Below are positions 39,301 to 53,200 of a DNA stretch of 64,000 nucleotides, piece after piece (position 1 is the stretch's first letter; each line of letters opens with the position of its first letter). A program made the translations under genes and the position numbers. The notes beneath the pieces are model-generated. The model had not been told where the DNA came from. It was given only the letters and a program-made list of their open reading frames with translations, and did no database searches. The stretch comes from Isurus oxyrinchus (lineage: Eukaryota), in assembly GCA_026770705.1 (NCBI GenBank), contig JANJGN010000026.1:34472001-34536000 (forward strand). Direction: 5' to 3'.

Positions 39301-40029
39301 GCCTCCTATCGACTGTTGTAAAGTAGCTGTCGTCAGATCCAAGGCCCAGATAGTTTTCTGGGAAATGCAACGCTCTTGAGTATCAAACTGAGCCGAAGTG
39401 CAGTTTACACTGTAGCCGCCAGACACGGGTCTCTGAGACTTGTGATCAGAAAGTGAAGTTGTGAGGGAGGCTTCAGCATTGATGAAGCTTGAGGGGAGGA
39501 GGGGGGGTGCGCATGCGTCAGAACATGCACCTGTCTGACGTCAGACTGTACCCTCTGTGGCGTCAGTCTGTTGGATCTGTGACGTCAGAGCGAAGACTTC
39601 GAGACGCATGTCTGCAAACTCTGTGATATCAACATGTAATGATTACCTGACGTGCGTCTGTCTACAATGTACACTGATATTTTAAACAAATTAGTACCCC
39701 CCTGTTTGCCATGAGCTATCTTTGAAACAGCGGTAAAACAGCAGAACTCGTTCCAGTAAAGCGGCTGGAGTTTGTTTTGCCAATGAGAATGGTGAGCAGC
39801 CAGTTTTGCCTTCACATCGTGAATGTCAAAATCAGGCGGAATCAGTGGTTACAGGAAATGGTTTTAGATGATGTTTGTGTGGATTGTGCTCAGGGCCTGC
39901 GCTCAGAGGAATGGATTCACTTGTCAGTGTCTGACCCGCTGTGATAAACATCCCTCAGCAGACAGCAACTGTGACCCAGAAACCTGCGGCAGTTATAATA
40001 TGAGGGTTTCACTCGTTCCCAACGCTGTG

Positions 40030-40324
40030 AGACTCAGTGTACTAGACCGCGGTGTCAGACAGACGCAGCTCCGAGATGGTCAATCAGTACGACTTGTCTG
40101 ACTGATGGACTGTATCAGAAAACCCGCTCTGAGCGAAATCCGCCTTCAATTCCCAACTGCGGTCCGTGTATCTCTGCAATGCAAACTCGGGATGTTTGCC
40201 GGGGTATTGTCGGCACCAGAATAAGTAATAACCAGCGTCGGTATAGGTGCGGTTTAAAGTGACATCCTCTCCCTCTGTGTGAGCGAGGATTCCCCATGAG
40301 TAACAGAATCTCCATCGCTCAGAT
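40030..40324 (-). pseudogene. V pseudogene, family C
   Basis: ag|ATCTGAGCGATGGAGATTCTG start; frameshifts; ADFAQSGFS; RSS CACAGCG-23 with degenerate nonamer. Confidence 0.85.
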
Positions 40325-41679
40325 CTGGAACGGGTCAGAATAAATCGTAGTCAGTGTTCCATTGAATTAGGTAGCACTTGGAGCCTAGCATAAAACTTCA
40401 TTCGACACAATGGATTTCAATGTTTTACACCCCGACAGCATCCTCCACCTCTCTTCATCTCACTCTATGAGAATGCCCTTCCAACCCTTTCTACACAATC
40501 CTTTCATTTCGTTTCTCCCTAAGTCCATCGAGGTTATTCACCTCATCCCTCCTTGTGACATTGATTTCCACAGCACTGACACTCTCTGGGTAGTGCAGTT
40601 TGTCATCAGTCCCGCTTCTTAATATTTATCGTTTTTAAATCGTCCAGAGATGGAATAATTCCCTGAAAGACTAACATATGAAACAGCTTCAATATTGCTA
40701 AAGACCTCTATCAAGTTGTCCCTCTGTCCTCGCGGTGCGAGAGGGAAGATCCCCAGCTTGAACAATGATTTCTGATAGTTATTGAATTCTACTATCATCC
40801 TGGTAAATCGCTTTTTCCATTTACACCGTTGCCCTTATATCATTTTCCTAACACTCCAAGTCCGGTGTAACACTGCTCGGTACAAATTTACAAGGAAGTA
40901 TTTGTATTTGAGATTCATTCCTCTGAAAATCATTCATTTGAAAAAAAAAATGTATTAATCTTCTTATCGATGCTGAATGTTATCCAGGCCACAGCGAACA
41001 GGGGAAGCCGCATTGCTGTTGCTCCCGAACTCAAGAGAGAGATTTTGCATCTCAGGAACATGCAGAATGACCAACAAAAAGAGAGCGGATGTCACCACCT
41101 GCAAACTAGACTAGTTTGACGTCACTTCCTGCAGAAAATCGGAGCGGAAGGAGTTGGATCTTGTCTGATGTCACTCCATGCTCGATGTCATAGTGAGCTC
41201 CATGGACTGAGTCTGACTGCTCTGATCTTCCTTTGCAACAAGTGCGTTTTTATTTAAGGGAATGTGAAGATTAACACCGCAGGGAATCTTCTGTGGAAAG
41301 CAGGAATATAGATCACCGCCATACTGCACAGCACCTCACAACAGACCCAAAGGAGGCAGGTGTGCGGAAATGTCTACAATAAAACTGGGCAAGCGATGCA
41401 GGTCCGAAGGAGAGAAGCAATGGGGATGCTGCGGACTGAGTGTTCAATGGATGTTCAAGCTGTAAAGAACTGAATTCAGTAATAATATCTTAATTGACTA
41501 TTATATAAGTCCGCATGTTTGCGATGGTCACGTGACTTTGCCATTGCCTGCGTGTCGGGACAAGCAGGACAGCGACAGGAATTGAAGAATTATTATATGA
41601 CTAAACTGCATCAATGGATGTGCACAGCTTATTTACACAGGACTCACAGGTGTCACGATGCAAATTTGGGAGCGTATGA

Positions 41680-42790
41680 TATTCACAGGATCACAGAATT
41701 ACAGTGCAGAAGAGGCCCTTCGGCCCATCGAGTCTGCACCGACACGTGAGAAATACCTGACCTACCTACCTAATCCGATTTACCAGCACTTGGCCCATCA
41801 CCCTGAATGCTATGACGTGCCAAGTGCTCTTCCAGATAATATTAAAGGATGTGAAGCAACCCGCCTCCACCACCCTCCCAGGCAATGCATTCCAGACCAT
41901 CACCACTTTCTGGGTAAAAAAGGTTTTCTGCACATCCCCCCTAAAACCCCTGCCCCTCACATTGAACTTGTGTCCCCTCGTGACTGACCCTTCAACTAAA
42001 GGGAACGGCCGCTCCCTATCTACTTTGTGTATGCCCCTCATGATCTTGCACACCTCGATCAGGTCGCCCCTCAGTCTTCTCTGCTCCAACGAAAACAACC
42101 AAAGTCTATCCAACCACTCTTCATAAGTTAAATGTTTCATCTCAGGCAACATCCTGGTGAATGTCCTCTGCACCCTCCATTGCAATCACATACTTCTTAT
42201 AATGCAGCGACCAGAACTGCACACAGTATTCCAACTGTGGCCTCACCAAGATTCTAGACAAGTCCAACATGACCTCCCTATTTTTGTAATCTATGCCTCG
42301 GTTGATAAAGGCAAGTGTCCCTTATGCCTTTTTCACCGCCCCACTAACATGCCCCTCCGCCTTCAGAGGTCTCTGGACACACATGCTAAGGTCTCTTTGT
42401 TCCTCAGGACATCCTAGTTTCATGCCGTTCATTGAATACTTCCTTGTCAAATTGCTCCTACCAAATGGTACCACCTCACACTTTTCAGGGTTACATTCCA
42501 TCTGCCACTTATCTGCCCATTTGGCCATCCCATCTTTATCTTCCTGTAGCCCAAGACACTCAACCTCACTGTTAACCACCCGGCTAATCTTTGTGTCATC
42601 TGCAAACTTACCAATCCTACCCCCACATAGTCATCTATGTCGTTTATATAAATGAGAAATATTAGGGGACCCAGCACAGATTCCTGTGGTACGCCACTGG
42701 ACACTGGCTAAGGCATCCTTCTGCCTTCACCGTCTGTCTCCTACAACTAAACCAATTTTGAATCCATCTCATCAATTTACTCTGTATCCC
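41680..42790 (-). mobile_element. 5'-truncated CR1 LINE
   Basis: SGVPQESVLGP, WADKWQMECNPEKC, RRLRGDLIEV. Confidence 0.85.
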
Positions 42791-42908
42791 AGATGCATTA
42801 ATGGGGATAGAGATTAGTTCAAAGCAATTTTGCCATAATTGATATCGAGCAAGTTTCAGTCAATGTTGGTCGATGCGCGGTTTGCAAAAGTGGGAAACTG
42901 TGTTCTCT

Positions 42909-42927
42909 CACTGCCACCTGGTGGCCT
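42909..42927 (-). promoter_or_regulatory. CTCF motif
   Basis: GGCCACCAGGTGGCAGTG. Confidence 0.7.
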
Positions 42928-44039
42928 GTCTTAACATTCTTAGTCCGGGCTTAACAGAACACGGTTATCTCGAAGTAATTCTGTGCAAAACCTTCCCATA
43001 TCATATTACCTGTGAGTAGAGCCCATGTCCAGTGAGCTGCTCCATCAATGGGGATCTCTGGCACTGACAAGGGACTAAGGGTAAATGCTTTGCTTTGGTT
43101 TTCCCATGTCAAATACTGCCCCGGTCAATGCTGTAATCAGAAGGATTTCACTCGAACCCCTGCCCCCTGCACTGCCCCCATCAACTGGAGAGCAACTGGG
43201 CTCAGCGCTGAATGGATGGATGATGGTCAGTTGATTGGGTGACACCTGCTGCCTTGGTCCAGGCCGAACAAATGTGCAGAGGGGTCGCATGTCACCCATC
43301 ATCGCCCCACCTCTGGACAGGAAGCCATTTAAGTTCAACCCGCACAGAGAAATGAATCAGTGGAAACGTTGGAGTAAAAAGATAATGCATATCTTGACCC
43401 TGTGGGGCATGTGGACATAGATCATGATATCCGGGACCAGTTAAATGGAAAGAAAATTTAAGTTACTTTTATAAATGCAGGATAGCTGTATGTTTTGCAG
43501 TTCATTAATTCTCAAATTGGCGACCAGAGGCTCTGAATTTCCAATCGCCATTTCATCGGATTATTTTTATGTCCTGGGACCGTTGATATGAGGAATAACA
43601 TTCACAACCAGCATCTCCCTATAAAAAGGAATTTGAAAAGTCCCCGAAGATGCATTGATTGTGCATATAGGTACACTGTTTTCACCCTGTAAGCGATGTG
43701 CAATTTCACATCACCTCCACCGGAGGACGCTATCGTCACATTTTTCTCACTCCTCCCTCAGGAATCAAGCAAAGTTCTCAAAAGTTTGTGGAAAGCCAAA
43801 GATTTCTGAAACCTGTTTAGAATTCAAGCGGTGTTTGTCGGATTCGGAAATAAAGTGTTTTTGAACTCAGTCTATTTTTTCTGGAAGTCGTGGTGAAAAT
43901 ACACCGTACAACAGTGAATAATTATCTAACTATACCGAAGGTTTCAATGCAATTAAAAATGAATGCTTTAATAACATTTCAAAGACTCATTTCGAAACTA
44001 TAATCTTAAACATGACATCATGAATGAAGTCATATTCAT

Positions 44040-44424
44040 ACGAACATTTTGCCTGGGTTCTTGACTGTACCAGAACACGAAAAGGTTATGGAGACTTGTT
44101 TCCAAGATGCAGGTCAGTGTGATGTTGTTTTCCTCTTTGCCCATTGTATCAGCAGCAGACGCGGCCAATGTGCCTTGGTTGCCCCATTCTAAAATAAAGT
44201 TAAGGTGCTTCTAACATAAAGGGATAGATGTTTTTGTCATCGGGGTCATCATCATCACCACCAAGCAGCATAATAAGCAAGCAGTACCATTTTATAAATA
44301 ATAACATTTGGGTTACTGGGTTACTTATCAAGATGTCGGGGGATTGTGGATTTTTTTTTCTGGGAAGGAAATACTTACTGAGAAGTAACATAATAATAAG
44401 GAGAGGTGTGATGCAATTCCCCAA
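44040..44424 (-). pseudogene. V pseudogene, family B, 3'-truncated
   Basis: Leader with TTG start (LGNCITPLLIIMLLL); NITLTCILETS..FWYSQEP, then homology is lost. Confidence 0.75.
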
Positions 44425-44639
44425 GATGCTTCCTGACCTCTGCAATCCGCCCAGTTCTCTGTCAGGACTGGAATACAAATCCCGAACCCCTGTGCTGCTG
44501 ATGCAACCAACATCAAACAGGGGACAGAGGCAACCATCCCTCCAATAACACAGGAAAGACAAGGGAGGTCAGCGTCAGAGAAACAAAGAGAAGCTGTGGG
44601 TGAGGCTGGCGCTGAGGTCTTGTCACACGTAAAATCCAG

Positions 44640-46545
44640 CTGCACAAAAGTGAAAGGAAAAGAGCAAGTGAGTGATGTTCCTCTAGAGAGTGAGGCTGGG
44701 GAATTAATAATGGAAAATAAAGAAATGGTGGACGAATTGAACAGGTGTCTTGTGTCTGTCTTCACTGTAGAGAATACAAATAACATCCCGGAAATAACTG
44801 GCGATCAAGAGGTGAAAGGGAAGGAGGAGTTTTAAAAAGTACAACACCAGGGAAAGGGAACTGGGAAAAGTATTAGAACCGAAAGCTGACAAATCGCTGG
44901 CTCCTGGTGGACTTCATCTTAGACAGGGAAACGAAGATGCAGCTGGGATAGTAGATTCATTGATTTTAATTTTTCAAAATTCCTTAGATTCTGGAAAGCT
45001 CCCAGCAGATTGATAAATAGCAAATGTAACACCTCTATTCAGGAAAGAAGGGAGGCAGAAAAGAGGAAACTATTGGTCAATTAGCTTAACATCTGTTATA
45101 AGCAAATTGCTGGAATCTATTATTAAGGAGGTTATAGCGGGGCACTTAGAAAATCTCACTGCAATCCGGCAGAGTCAACATGGTTTTGTGAAAATGAATC
45201 TGTGTTTAACTAATCTATTAGAGTTTTTTGAGGAAGTAGCAAGCAACGTGGACAAAGAGAAACGGTGGATGTTGTGAACTTAGATTTCCAGAAGGTATTT
45301 TACAAGTTATTGATCTCCTAATAACACCAAAAGTTAGCACACGAAGCAAGAGTTCGTATTGTACAGGGTAAAATTTTGGCATGGATAGAGGATATTTAGG
45401 TAACAGGAAACAGAGAATAGACAATAATTGATCATTTATGTGTTGGCAAGACACAACAATAGGAGTTGACCTGCCACTGGTATCAGTGCAGGGGCTTCAA
45501 CTAGTTACAATCTATGTCAAGGACTTGGGCGATTGGACTGAATATTTTGTTGCTAAATTTGCTGATGACACAAATATAGGTAAGAAAGTAGTGAAGAGGA
45601 CATAAAAAGCCTGCAAAGGGACATAGATTGGTTAAGTGAATGAGCAAAAAAATGGGCAGATGTGATATAATGTGGGAGAATGTGGACAGCCCATTTTGGC
45701 AGGAAGAATAGAAAATCGTAATATTACCTAAACAGAGAGATATTGCAGGGCAGTGAGTTACAGAGGGATCTGGGTGTCCTGGTCCATGATCAAAAAAATA
45801 CGGTGCAAGTACAGCGAGTGGTAAGGAAGGCAAATACAATGTTGCATTTTATTGCAAGGTGGCTGGAATATACACATAGAGACGGCGTTTCACGCCAGAG
45901 GGGTTTTGTTGTCCCGCCGAACTCAATAGAGTTTAGAATGACTCCCGCATGTGACGGCCCCATACCTGCCATGATAGGGAAGTTTCGTTATTGCTGATAT
46001 TAGGGCATATAGGGTATTGCTGAGACCATATCCAGAGCACTTTGTACAGTTTTGGCCTCCTTATTTAAGAAAGGATATAACTGCATTGGAAACAGTTCAG
46101 AGAAACGTCACTCGACTGATCCTTGAGATGGGGGGGGTTATCTTATGACGAAATGTTGGACAGCTTGGGCGTAAGTGCACTGGAGTTTAGAAGAATGAAT
46201 GTAATCCCATTGAAACAAATAAGACCATGAGAGGACTTGACAGAGTGGATGAGACCTATGTTGGGCAGGCCAGAGCCAGGGGGTACAGTTGAAAATTATG
46301 GGGTCTCTCATTTACGACGGAGATGAGGAGATTGTTTTCTCTCAGAGTGGTGCAGGCGGGATCATTGAATATTTTTAAAGCAGAGGTGGATAAATTCTTG
46401 ACTAACAAGGTAGTCAAAAGGTAAATGGGGTAGGCAGGAAAGTGGCATTGAGGCCACAATCAGATCACCCATGACCTTATTGAATGCCCGAGGAGATTCG
46501 AGGGGCCGAATGATTTACACGTGCTCCTAATTAGTGTGTTCATAA
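44640..46545 (+). mobile_element. Degenerate CR1 LINE with a nested insertion at about 45875-46010
   Basis: ANVTPLF, SQHGF, KFADDT, LQRDLGV remnants; CR1 tail. Confidence 0.85.
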
Positions 46546-47053
46546 AGACCTGAATTCACAAATAACTCACTAATCAGAAATTCGTTAATTCTGTCTCTAT
46601 AAGAACTGCGTTACTTGCAATTTCATGCCAAATCTGAGACAAGCAGGCACGCAACAGGAATCAGGTAATTGTTGTTTGTCTCTATAGTTACCGATAACTT
46701 CACGGTTGAAATCAATTAAGGCAAGGGGCTGAATATGTCAGTGTGGAGCCAAACACATGGGCAACCCATCCAATGACCTGGAGCTGAACTGCTCATTAAC
46801 ACTGACCTAACCTGCTCAATTGTGGGTCTGTAAGCAACCGTCACATTGAAGAGCATAAATATGAGATCAAATACAATTTCTATGGAAGCAATATAAATAA
46901 ATTATCTGTCAGTGTTGGTTCTTGCAACTCAACAGACGGTGGGAATCCGCAGCCTGATTTGCCACCTGGTGGTCGGATTTAAGGAATCTCAATTCGACTG
47001 ATCTCACAGAACAAGGTATGGGCACGAGGTGACCAGAGGCCTTTTTCAAGGTG

Positions 47054-47297
47054 AACCTCAGCACACCGTAGGACACGGTGCTGTCAGCGATCTGCAGCCC
47101 AGTCAACGTGAAAGCAGCTATATTCTTGGGTGTTCCTAGAATGACTGAAAATAGACCTTTAACTTTGTTCCTTCCGAATTACGAAATGTGACCGAATTAC
47201 GAAAGTGGGAGCTATTTTCTGGTTCTGACAATAAAGCTCCATGCAATACCTCAGATCCTGAATTTGAACAGAGGCAATTTATACTCATCAGGCTTTC
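47054..47297 (-). pseudogene. V pseudogene relic
   Basis: FTLTGLQIADSTVSYGVLR; RSS-like CACCTTG-23-GCCCATACC. Confidence 0.7.
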
Positions 47298-47850
47298 TTA
47301 CAGACAGATAGATAGATAAATGTATCCATAGATAACTCCATCTTTTAAGAACACTTTGCTCCAGAGGCAAAGGACGGAGGGAAAGGTGAATTGATAGATT
47401 TTATGGTGATGAGTGAGATGGAGATATAATGACACAGACCAGGATAGATAGCTGGGCTGAGAGGCGAATAGAAATATAGATCGATGAATAGAGGAGAATT
47501 GTATCAAGGTTGGAATAAGCAAATAGAAATAAAATCAAAAATGAATAAAGCAACAAAATAACAAAGTTGGAAGAACCATACATCGAAAACCCCAAACCGC
47601 AGTACTTCAGCGCTGGGATCCCGCATTTAACCTGGTGCTTCATGTTATTTGGTGCCTTTGTGCCAAAGGGCGAGAATACCTCATCAGTTCCTGCATCAGA
47701 CAAGAGTCCGGTTTCAATGAGCCGCCTGTGGCTATTGGAGCTGCCAGCGTGAATCATCACTACATGTGGCCCGGGCAAGCAGTCTCTTGTGCAATTTTGC
47801 TTTATCCCTGATATCTGAGCCAAAGACCTCGACAATGAGGATTCCGTCTT

Positions 47851-48006
47851 NNNNNNNNNNNNNNNNNNNNNNNNNNNNNNNNNNNNNNNNNNNNNNNNNN
47901 NNNNNNNNNNNNNNNNNNNNNNNNNNNNNNNNNNNNNNNNNNNNNNNNNNNNNNNNNNNNNNNNNNNNNNNNNNNNNNNNNNNNNNNNNNNNNNNNNNNN
48001 NNNNNN
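47851..48006. other. Assembly gap (156 N)
   Basis: Run of N. Confidence 1.
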
Positions 48007-48825
48007 TGCAAAAGTAAATCCTTCAATTAAACTTTATTCCCCAAAAGGGTTCCTGTCTAACCATGTTTTGAAACTGTTGCTCATCATTAAGGAAACAACA
48101 ATTTCTGGGTGCTCTTGTTGCTAAAATTTTCGATTTCACAGCAATAGAAATCTAACAGACATTGCTACAGTGTCATAGCCTCAGGGTATTCTATTATAGA
48201 AAGTTTACTCTCGTACGCTTTTGTCGGTATCTCTAACTGTATTTAACTGCCTCTGTGTCTAATATTGTGTTTAGATGTTTGTCTTTCTCTCTTTCTGTGT
48301 TTGCCAGTTTGTGTGTATTTGTATGTGTTATTTGTCTGTGTGTAGCTGTCTGTATGTATATATTTACCTATATTAGTATCTATTTTTGTGTTGATCTCTT
48401 TGTATGCCCATGGCTGTCGATTCCTCTGTGTCGGTAGGGTGATTCTGTGCTAAGTATAAGAATATGGAAGGTGCCTCTGGTCACTCACTAAAGAACGTAC
48501 AACTCAACCGATGAGACTGCAATATTCTCCATCAGGATCCTGCCTTTATAACGGCGCATGTTAGATTTGATGGCTGTGTCAGTACATGTCTGTGCACCTG
48601 GTTCTGTGCCTGTTTCCAATACTGTCCACGGGAGGGCAATCTATGATCACTTGCTAAAGATCACGTTTCGCTTCTACAGAAAGTGACTTTGAAGATGTAA
48701 AACTAGGCGGGGAGAATAAATCCCAGACGATCACATACAGTCCCTGGTTCTGTTTAGTTTCTCCAATTTCAGGTCTGCTGCAGACAGAAAACATTTTCTC
48801 TGTTTCTGGAGGTCAGTCTGGAACC

Positions 48826-49300
48826 ATATGGCTGAAACGCTGTCTCAATCTGGTTATGTCCTGATCACAGGTCGGTCTGATTGAACATCCCTGCTACATT
48901 CACCAATTCTCATATTATTTCTCATTTTCGGTAGTTATTTTCCTTCTGTTAGTCCATCTAACCCGCTGTGTTTCCGCTGTTTATTTTCAGGGATGAGTCA
49001 TGGAGACTCAGTGTCCCAGTCAGAACAAGGCGTGGAAGCAGAAGAGGGTGAAGTTTCATCAATAACCTGCAGTTACTCAGCATCGAGTTCAGCTACAAGC
49101 TGTGGCCTGTTCTGGTGTCGGCAGTATCCAGAAGAAGCTCCACGGTATATGATCTGAGTTAATAATTATGGGTATAATGGGACTGCTCCCAGCTTTGAAC
49201 GCTTCAGCCGGAATTTCAACCCGACACAAAGCACTTTTCACTTGTCCATGAAAGATTTGAATATGACAGACAGCGCCGTGTATTACAACGCGTTGAGACC
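48826..49300 (+). pseudogene. V pseudogene, family M
   Basis: SHGDSVSQSE..ITC..FWCRQYPEEAPRYMI*; DSAVYYNALRP; RSS CAAAGTG-23-ACAAAAACT. Confidence 0.85.
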
Positions 49301-49539
49301 CAAAGTGAATGAGGGCCCTTCGGGTCTCATACAAAAACTGGTGCAACTGGATAAAAGCGCCGGTGCCCGGAAAACACAAGGGGTTGCATCCCGGACAATA
49401 TGTACAGACAGTGAATGTGACAATACAACCTGATACGAGCGTTTTCTCCCGTTCAGGCCAATGGTTGTTAGTGTTAGGAAATGTGGCATTTGGCGGCCAT
49501 CTTAATCCAGGATCGAATTAACAGGTTTCCCGATCCCAT

Positions 49540-49945
49540 TAACACAAGCCTTGGAAGAATGCGAAATGATCTTCATGAAACATATAAGATTATTAGAGGG
49601 GTTGATAAGCTAGCTGCTGGGAAAATTCATTTTTTCCTTTTAGGGGAGTCTAAAACTAAGGAGCGACAGTTTACAAATAAAGAGGATCCCATTTAAGGTG
49701 TAGGCGAAGGAGATTTCACCTCTCAGAGAGCCGTTAATCATTAGAATTCTCTTCCCAAGAGGCCGAGTCACTGAATATATTCGAGGATGAATTAGACATT
49801 TTTTTGATCTACGAGAGAATCAAGTGTTATGGACAGGAAAGTTACTCCAGCCATAACCCGGTCAGCCATCTTCTTATCGAATGCCAGATCAGGATCGAGA
49901 TGCAAAATCGCCGAGTCCTGTTGTTATTCCTTATAATCTTATGAA
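49540..49945 (+). mobile_element. CR1 3' fragment
   Basis: RMRNDLHETYKIIRG plus tail. Confidence 0.7.
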
Positions 49946-50580
49946 GATCTCCGGATCTACCTGTCCTTGTAAAAGTGATAGGTCTGGAGCCTATCTGTAG
50001 TCAACATTTTCCTAATCTCACAGGCTTTCTCAGAGGTGTCACAGATTAAAGTTTCTGGGGTAAAAGTAGTAACTGACTGAAATTTACTGGTGCTATCGGG
50101 TCTCGGTTTGGAGTTGGGTAGCTGCTTATCATTTTGGGTTTATTAATTGTACATATGGACTGGACGGCTTTGATTAAATCTAGGCAAAGACTAATTGTGA
50201 AGTACTTAACTTCTCATCCTAATTAGAAAGAAAGGTCTATCTATCTAAGTATATAGATATTGCGTTCGGAGTGAGGGAGTTAAAGTGAGCAAAAAGACAG
50301 TAATGTGAAACAGAGGAACGGAACGAGAAAGACAAACAGACAAACACAACCAGGGATAGAATGTGATTGGAGAGAGACAGTTGTTATATAACCCTGAACA
50401 AACAGTAACTGGTCCACAGCTGACGTCAGCTCAGGGAAACCAGCCAATCGCAGCACTGAGAAACGCCCCTCAATTTCCAGTAACTGAAACCTGCCGTTGA
50501 TCTGAGTTTTCTCTTTGATATAAGACTAGAAGCAGCAACATATTTTCAGCAGTGTGCTGTTTACTGTCGAGCCTGGAACC

Positions 50581-51018
50581 ATGTGTTCCCTGTATGCTTT
50601 ACTGATAACAATGGTCGTGCTACCCGGTGCGTCTGGACTAAAATCCTCAGTGTGTGTTTCATGGGTTATATTTACTCACAGATTGTTGACACATTCTATA
50701 TGTTGTTACAGGAACGAATGGCCAAGATTCAGTTTCCCAGGATCCGCTTGAATTAACGTTTCAGGAAGGACAGACCGTAATATTGAACTGCAGTTACACA
50801 GCAAAATACAGTTCAACAACTCTCTTCTGGTACATCCAGTATCCCGGGGAAGTTCCGAGATATTTACTGAAGAAATACAGCATGGGGAAGGGGGATAAGT
50901 CTCCAGATTTCCCTGACAGGTTTTCTGCTGATTTGGATCAGGACAAGAAAACCGTACCTTTAAATATCGACGGGGCTCGTGTGACTGACTCTGCCGTGTA
51001 TTTCTGTGCGTTGGTGCC
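50581..51018 (+). CDS. TRAV/TRDV: TCR alpha/delta V segment, family A, intact (leader 50581-50626, V exon 50712-51018)
   Basis: Leader MCSLYALLITMVVLP; QDSVSQDP..LNC..FWYIQYPG..DSAVYFCALVP; RSS CACAATG-23-ACAAAAACC (51019-51057). Confidence 0.9.
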
Positions 51019-51264
51019 CACAATGTAACAGAGGCGCAGTCAGTCTGTACAAAAACCGGCAAAGGCACTCTCCCCTCCTCTCAGTCACTCAGATATGTGA
51101 ACTGGATTGTGAACTGCAAATAAAACCAAAACCACATTATGAAGGCCAGCTTGCCCGAATGATCTCTTTCTCAAGTGCTGAATGTGTGCCGTTCTATGTA
51201 AAATCCCTCTTTCTACTCGTTTTCATGGTCTCCGAGCAGCTCTCTGAATCGGAGAACAAAAACA

Positions 51265-52983
51265 GAATTACCTGCAAAAACTCAGCAGGTCTGGTAGTAT
51301 CGACGGAGAAGAAAAGATTGACGTTTCGAGTCCTCATGAGTCTTCGACAGAACTTGAGTTCGAGTCCAAGAAAGAGTTGAAATATAAGCTGGTTTAAGGT
51401 GTGTGGTGGAGGGGAGAGAGAGAGAGAGAGAAGTGGAGGGGGTTGGTGTGGTTGTAGGGACAAACAAGCAATGATAGAAGCAGATCATCAAAAGATGTCA
51501 CAAACAACAGAACAAAACAACACATAGGTGTTAAAGTTGGTGACAATATCTACACGATGTGCTAATTAGAATGGATGGTAGGGCACTCAAGTTACAGCTC
51601 TAGTGGGGGTGAGGAGAGCATAAAAGATTTAAAAATATTTTAAAATAATGGAAATAGGTAGGAAAAGAAAAATCTATATAATTTATTGGAAAAAAACAAA
51701 AGGAACTGGGAAACAGAAAGGGGTGGGGATGGAGGAGGGAGTTCAAGACCTAAAGTTGTTGAATTCAATATTCAGTCCGGAAAGCTGTAAAGTGCCTAGT
51801 CGGAAGATGAGATGTTGTTCCTCCAGTTTGCGTTGGGCTTCACTGGAACAATGCAGCAAGCCAAGGACAGACATGGGGGCAAGAGAGCAGGGTGACAGGG
51901 CTCTCAACCGTGTCCGGCCCATCTCCCATGCATCCACCCTCACGCCTTCTCCTCCCTCCCAGAAACATGATAGGGTCCCCCTTGTCCTCACTTATCACCC
52001 CACCAGCCTTCGCATTCAAAGGATCATCCTCTGCCATTTCCGCCAACTCCAGCATGATGCCACCACCAAACATATCTTCCCTTCACCCCCCCTGTCGGCA
52101 TTCCATAGGGATCGCTCCCTCCGGGACACCCTGGTCCACTCCTCCATCACCCCCTACTCCTCAACCCCCTCCTATGGCACCACCCCATGCCCACGCAGAA
52201 GATGCAACACCTGCCCCTTCACTCCCTCTCTCCTCACCGTCCAAGGGCCCAAACACTCCTTTCAAGTGAAGCAGCATTTCACTTGCATTTCCTCCAACTT
52301 AGTCTACTGCATTCGTTGCTCCCAATGTGGTCTCCTCTACATTGGAGAGACCAAACGTAAACTGGGCGACTGCTTTGCAGAACACCTGCGGTCTGTCTGC
52401 AAGAATGACCCAAACCTCCCTGTCACTTGTCATTTTAACACTGCACCCTGCTCTCTTGCCCACATGTCTGTCCTTCGCTTGCTGCATTGTTCCAGTGAAG
52501 CTCAACGCAAACTGGAGGAACAACATCTCATCTTCCAATTAGGCACTTTATAGCCTTCCAGACTGAATATTGAATTCAACAACTTTAGGTCTTGAGCTCC
52601 CTCCTCCATCCCCACCCCCTTTCTGTTTCCCACTTCCTTTTGGTTTTTTCCAATAAATTATATAGATTTTTCTTTTCCTACCTATTTCCATTATTTTTAA
52701 ATATTTTTAAATCTTTTATGCTCTCCCCACCCCCACTAGAGCTATACCTTGAGTGCCCTATCATCCATTCTTAATTAGCACATTCGTTTAGATAAGATCA
52801 CCAACTTTAACACCTATGTGTTCTTTTGTTCTGTTGTTTGTGACATCTTTTGATGATCTGCTTCTATCACTGCTTGTTTATCCCTACAACCACACCAACC
52901 CTCTCCCCTTCTTTCTCTCTCTTTCTCTCTCTCCACACCACGGCCCCCCCAGCCCACCCCCACCCCCACCCCCCCCCCCCCAC

Positions 52984-53017
<34 letters not shown>

Positions 53018-53200
53018 CACCTTAAACCAGCTTATATTTCAACTCTTTCTTGGACTCGAACACAAGTTCTGTCGAAGGGTCATGAGGACTTAAAACATCA
53101 ACTCTTTTCTTCTCCGCCGATGCTGCCAGACCTGCTGAGTTTTTCCAGGTAATTCTGGTTTTGTTTTGGATTTCCAGCATCCGCAGTTTTTTTGTTTTTA
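51265..53200 (+). mobile_element. Penelope-like element (GIY-YIG part) with long inverted terminal duplication
   Basis: NLVYCIRCSQCGLLYIGETKRKL; about 51265-51895 is the reverse complement of about 52450-53165. Confidence 0.9.

Noticed and set aside
47692-47764. C/D snoRNA-like element on - (GTGATGA..CTGA, 4-bp stem, 13-nt match to 18S rRNA)
   Set aside because: The rRNA match is sense rather than antisense on that strand, there is no host intron, and short motifs arise by chance; a snoscan or Infernal hit would reopen it
51648-52553. 301-aa ORF as a novel gene
   Set aside because: It reads from the antisense Penelope arm across the inversion junction into the GIY-YIG domain
3790-53020. Poly-G/C tracts (3793, 19905, 31315, 32985, 52945) as functional G-quadruplexes
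   Set aside because: Mostly microsatellite expansions in repeats or pseudogenes, and not conserved among paralogous cassettes
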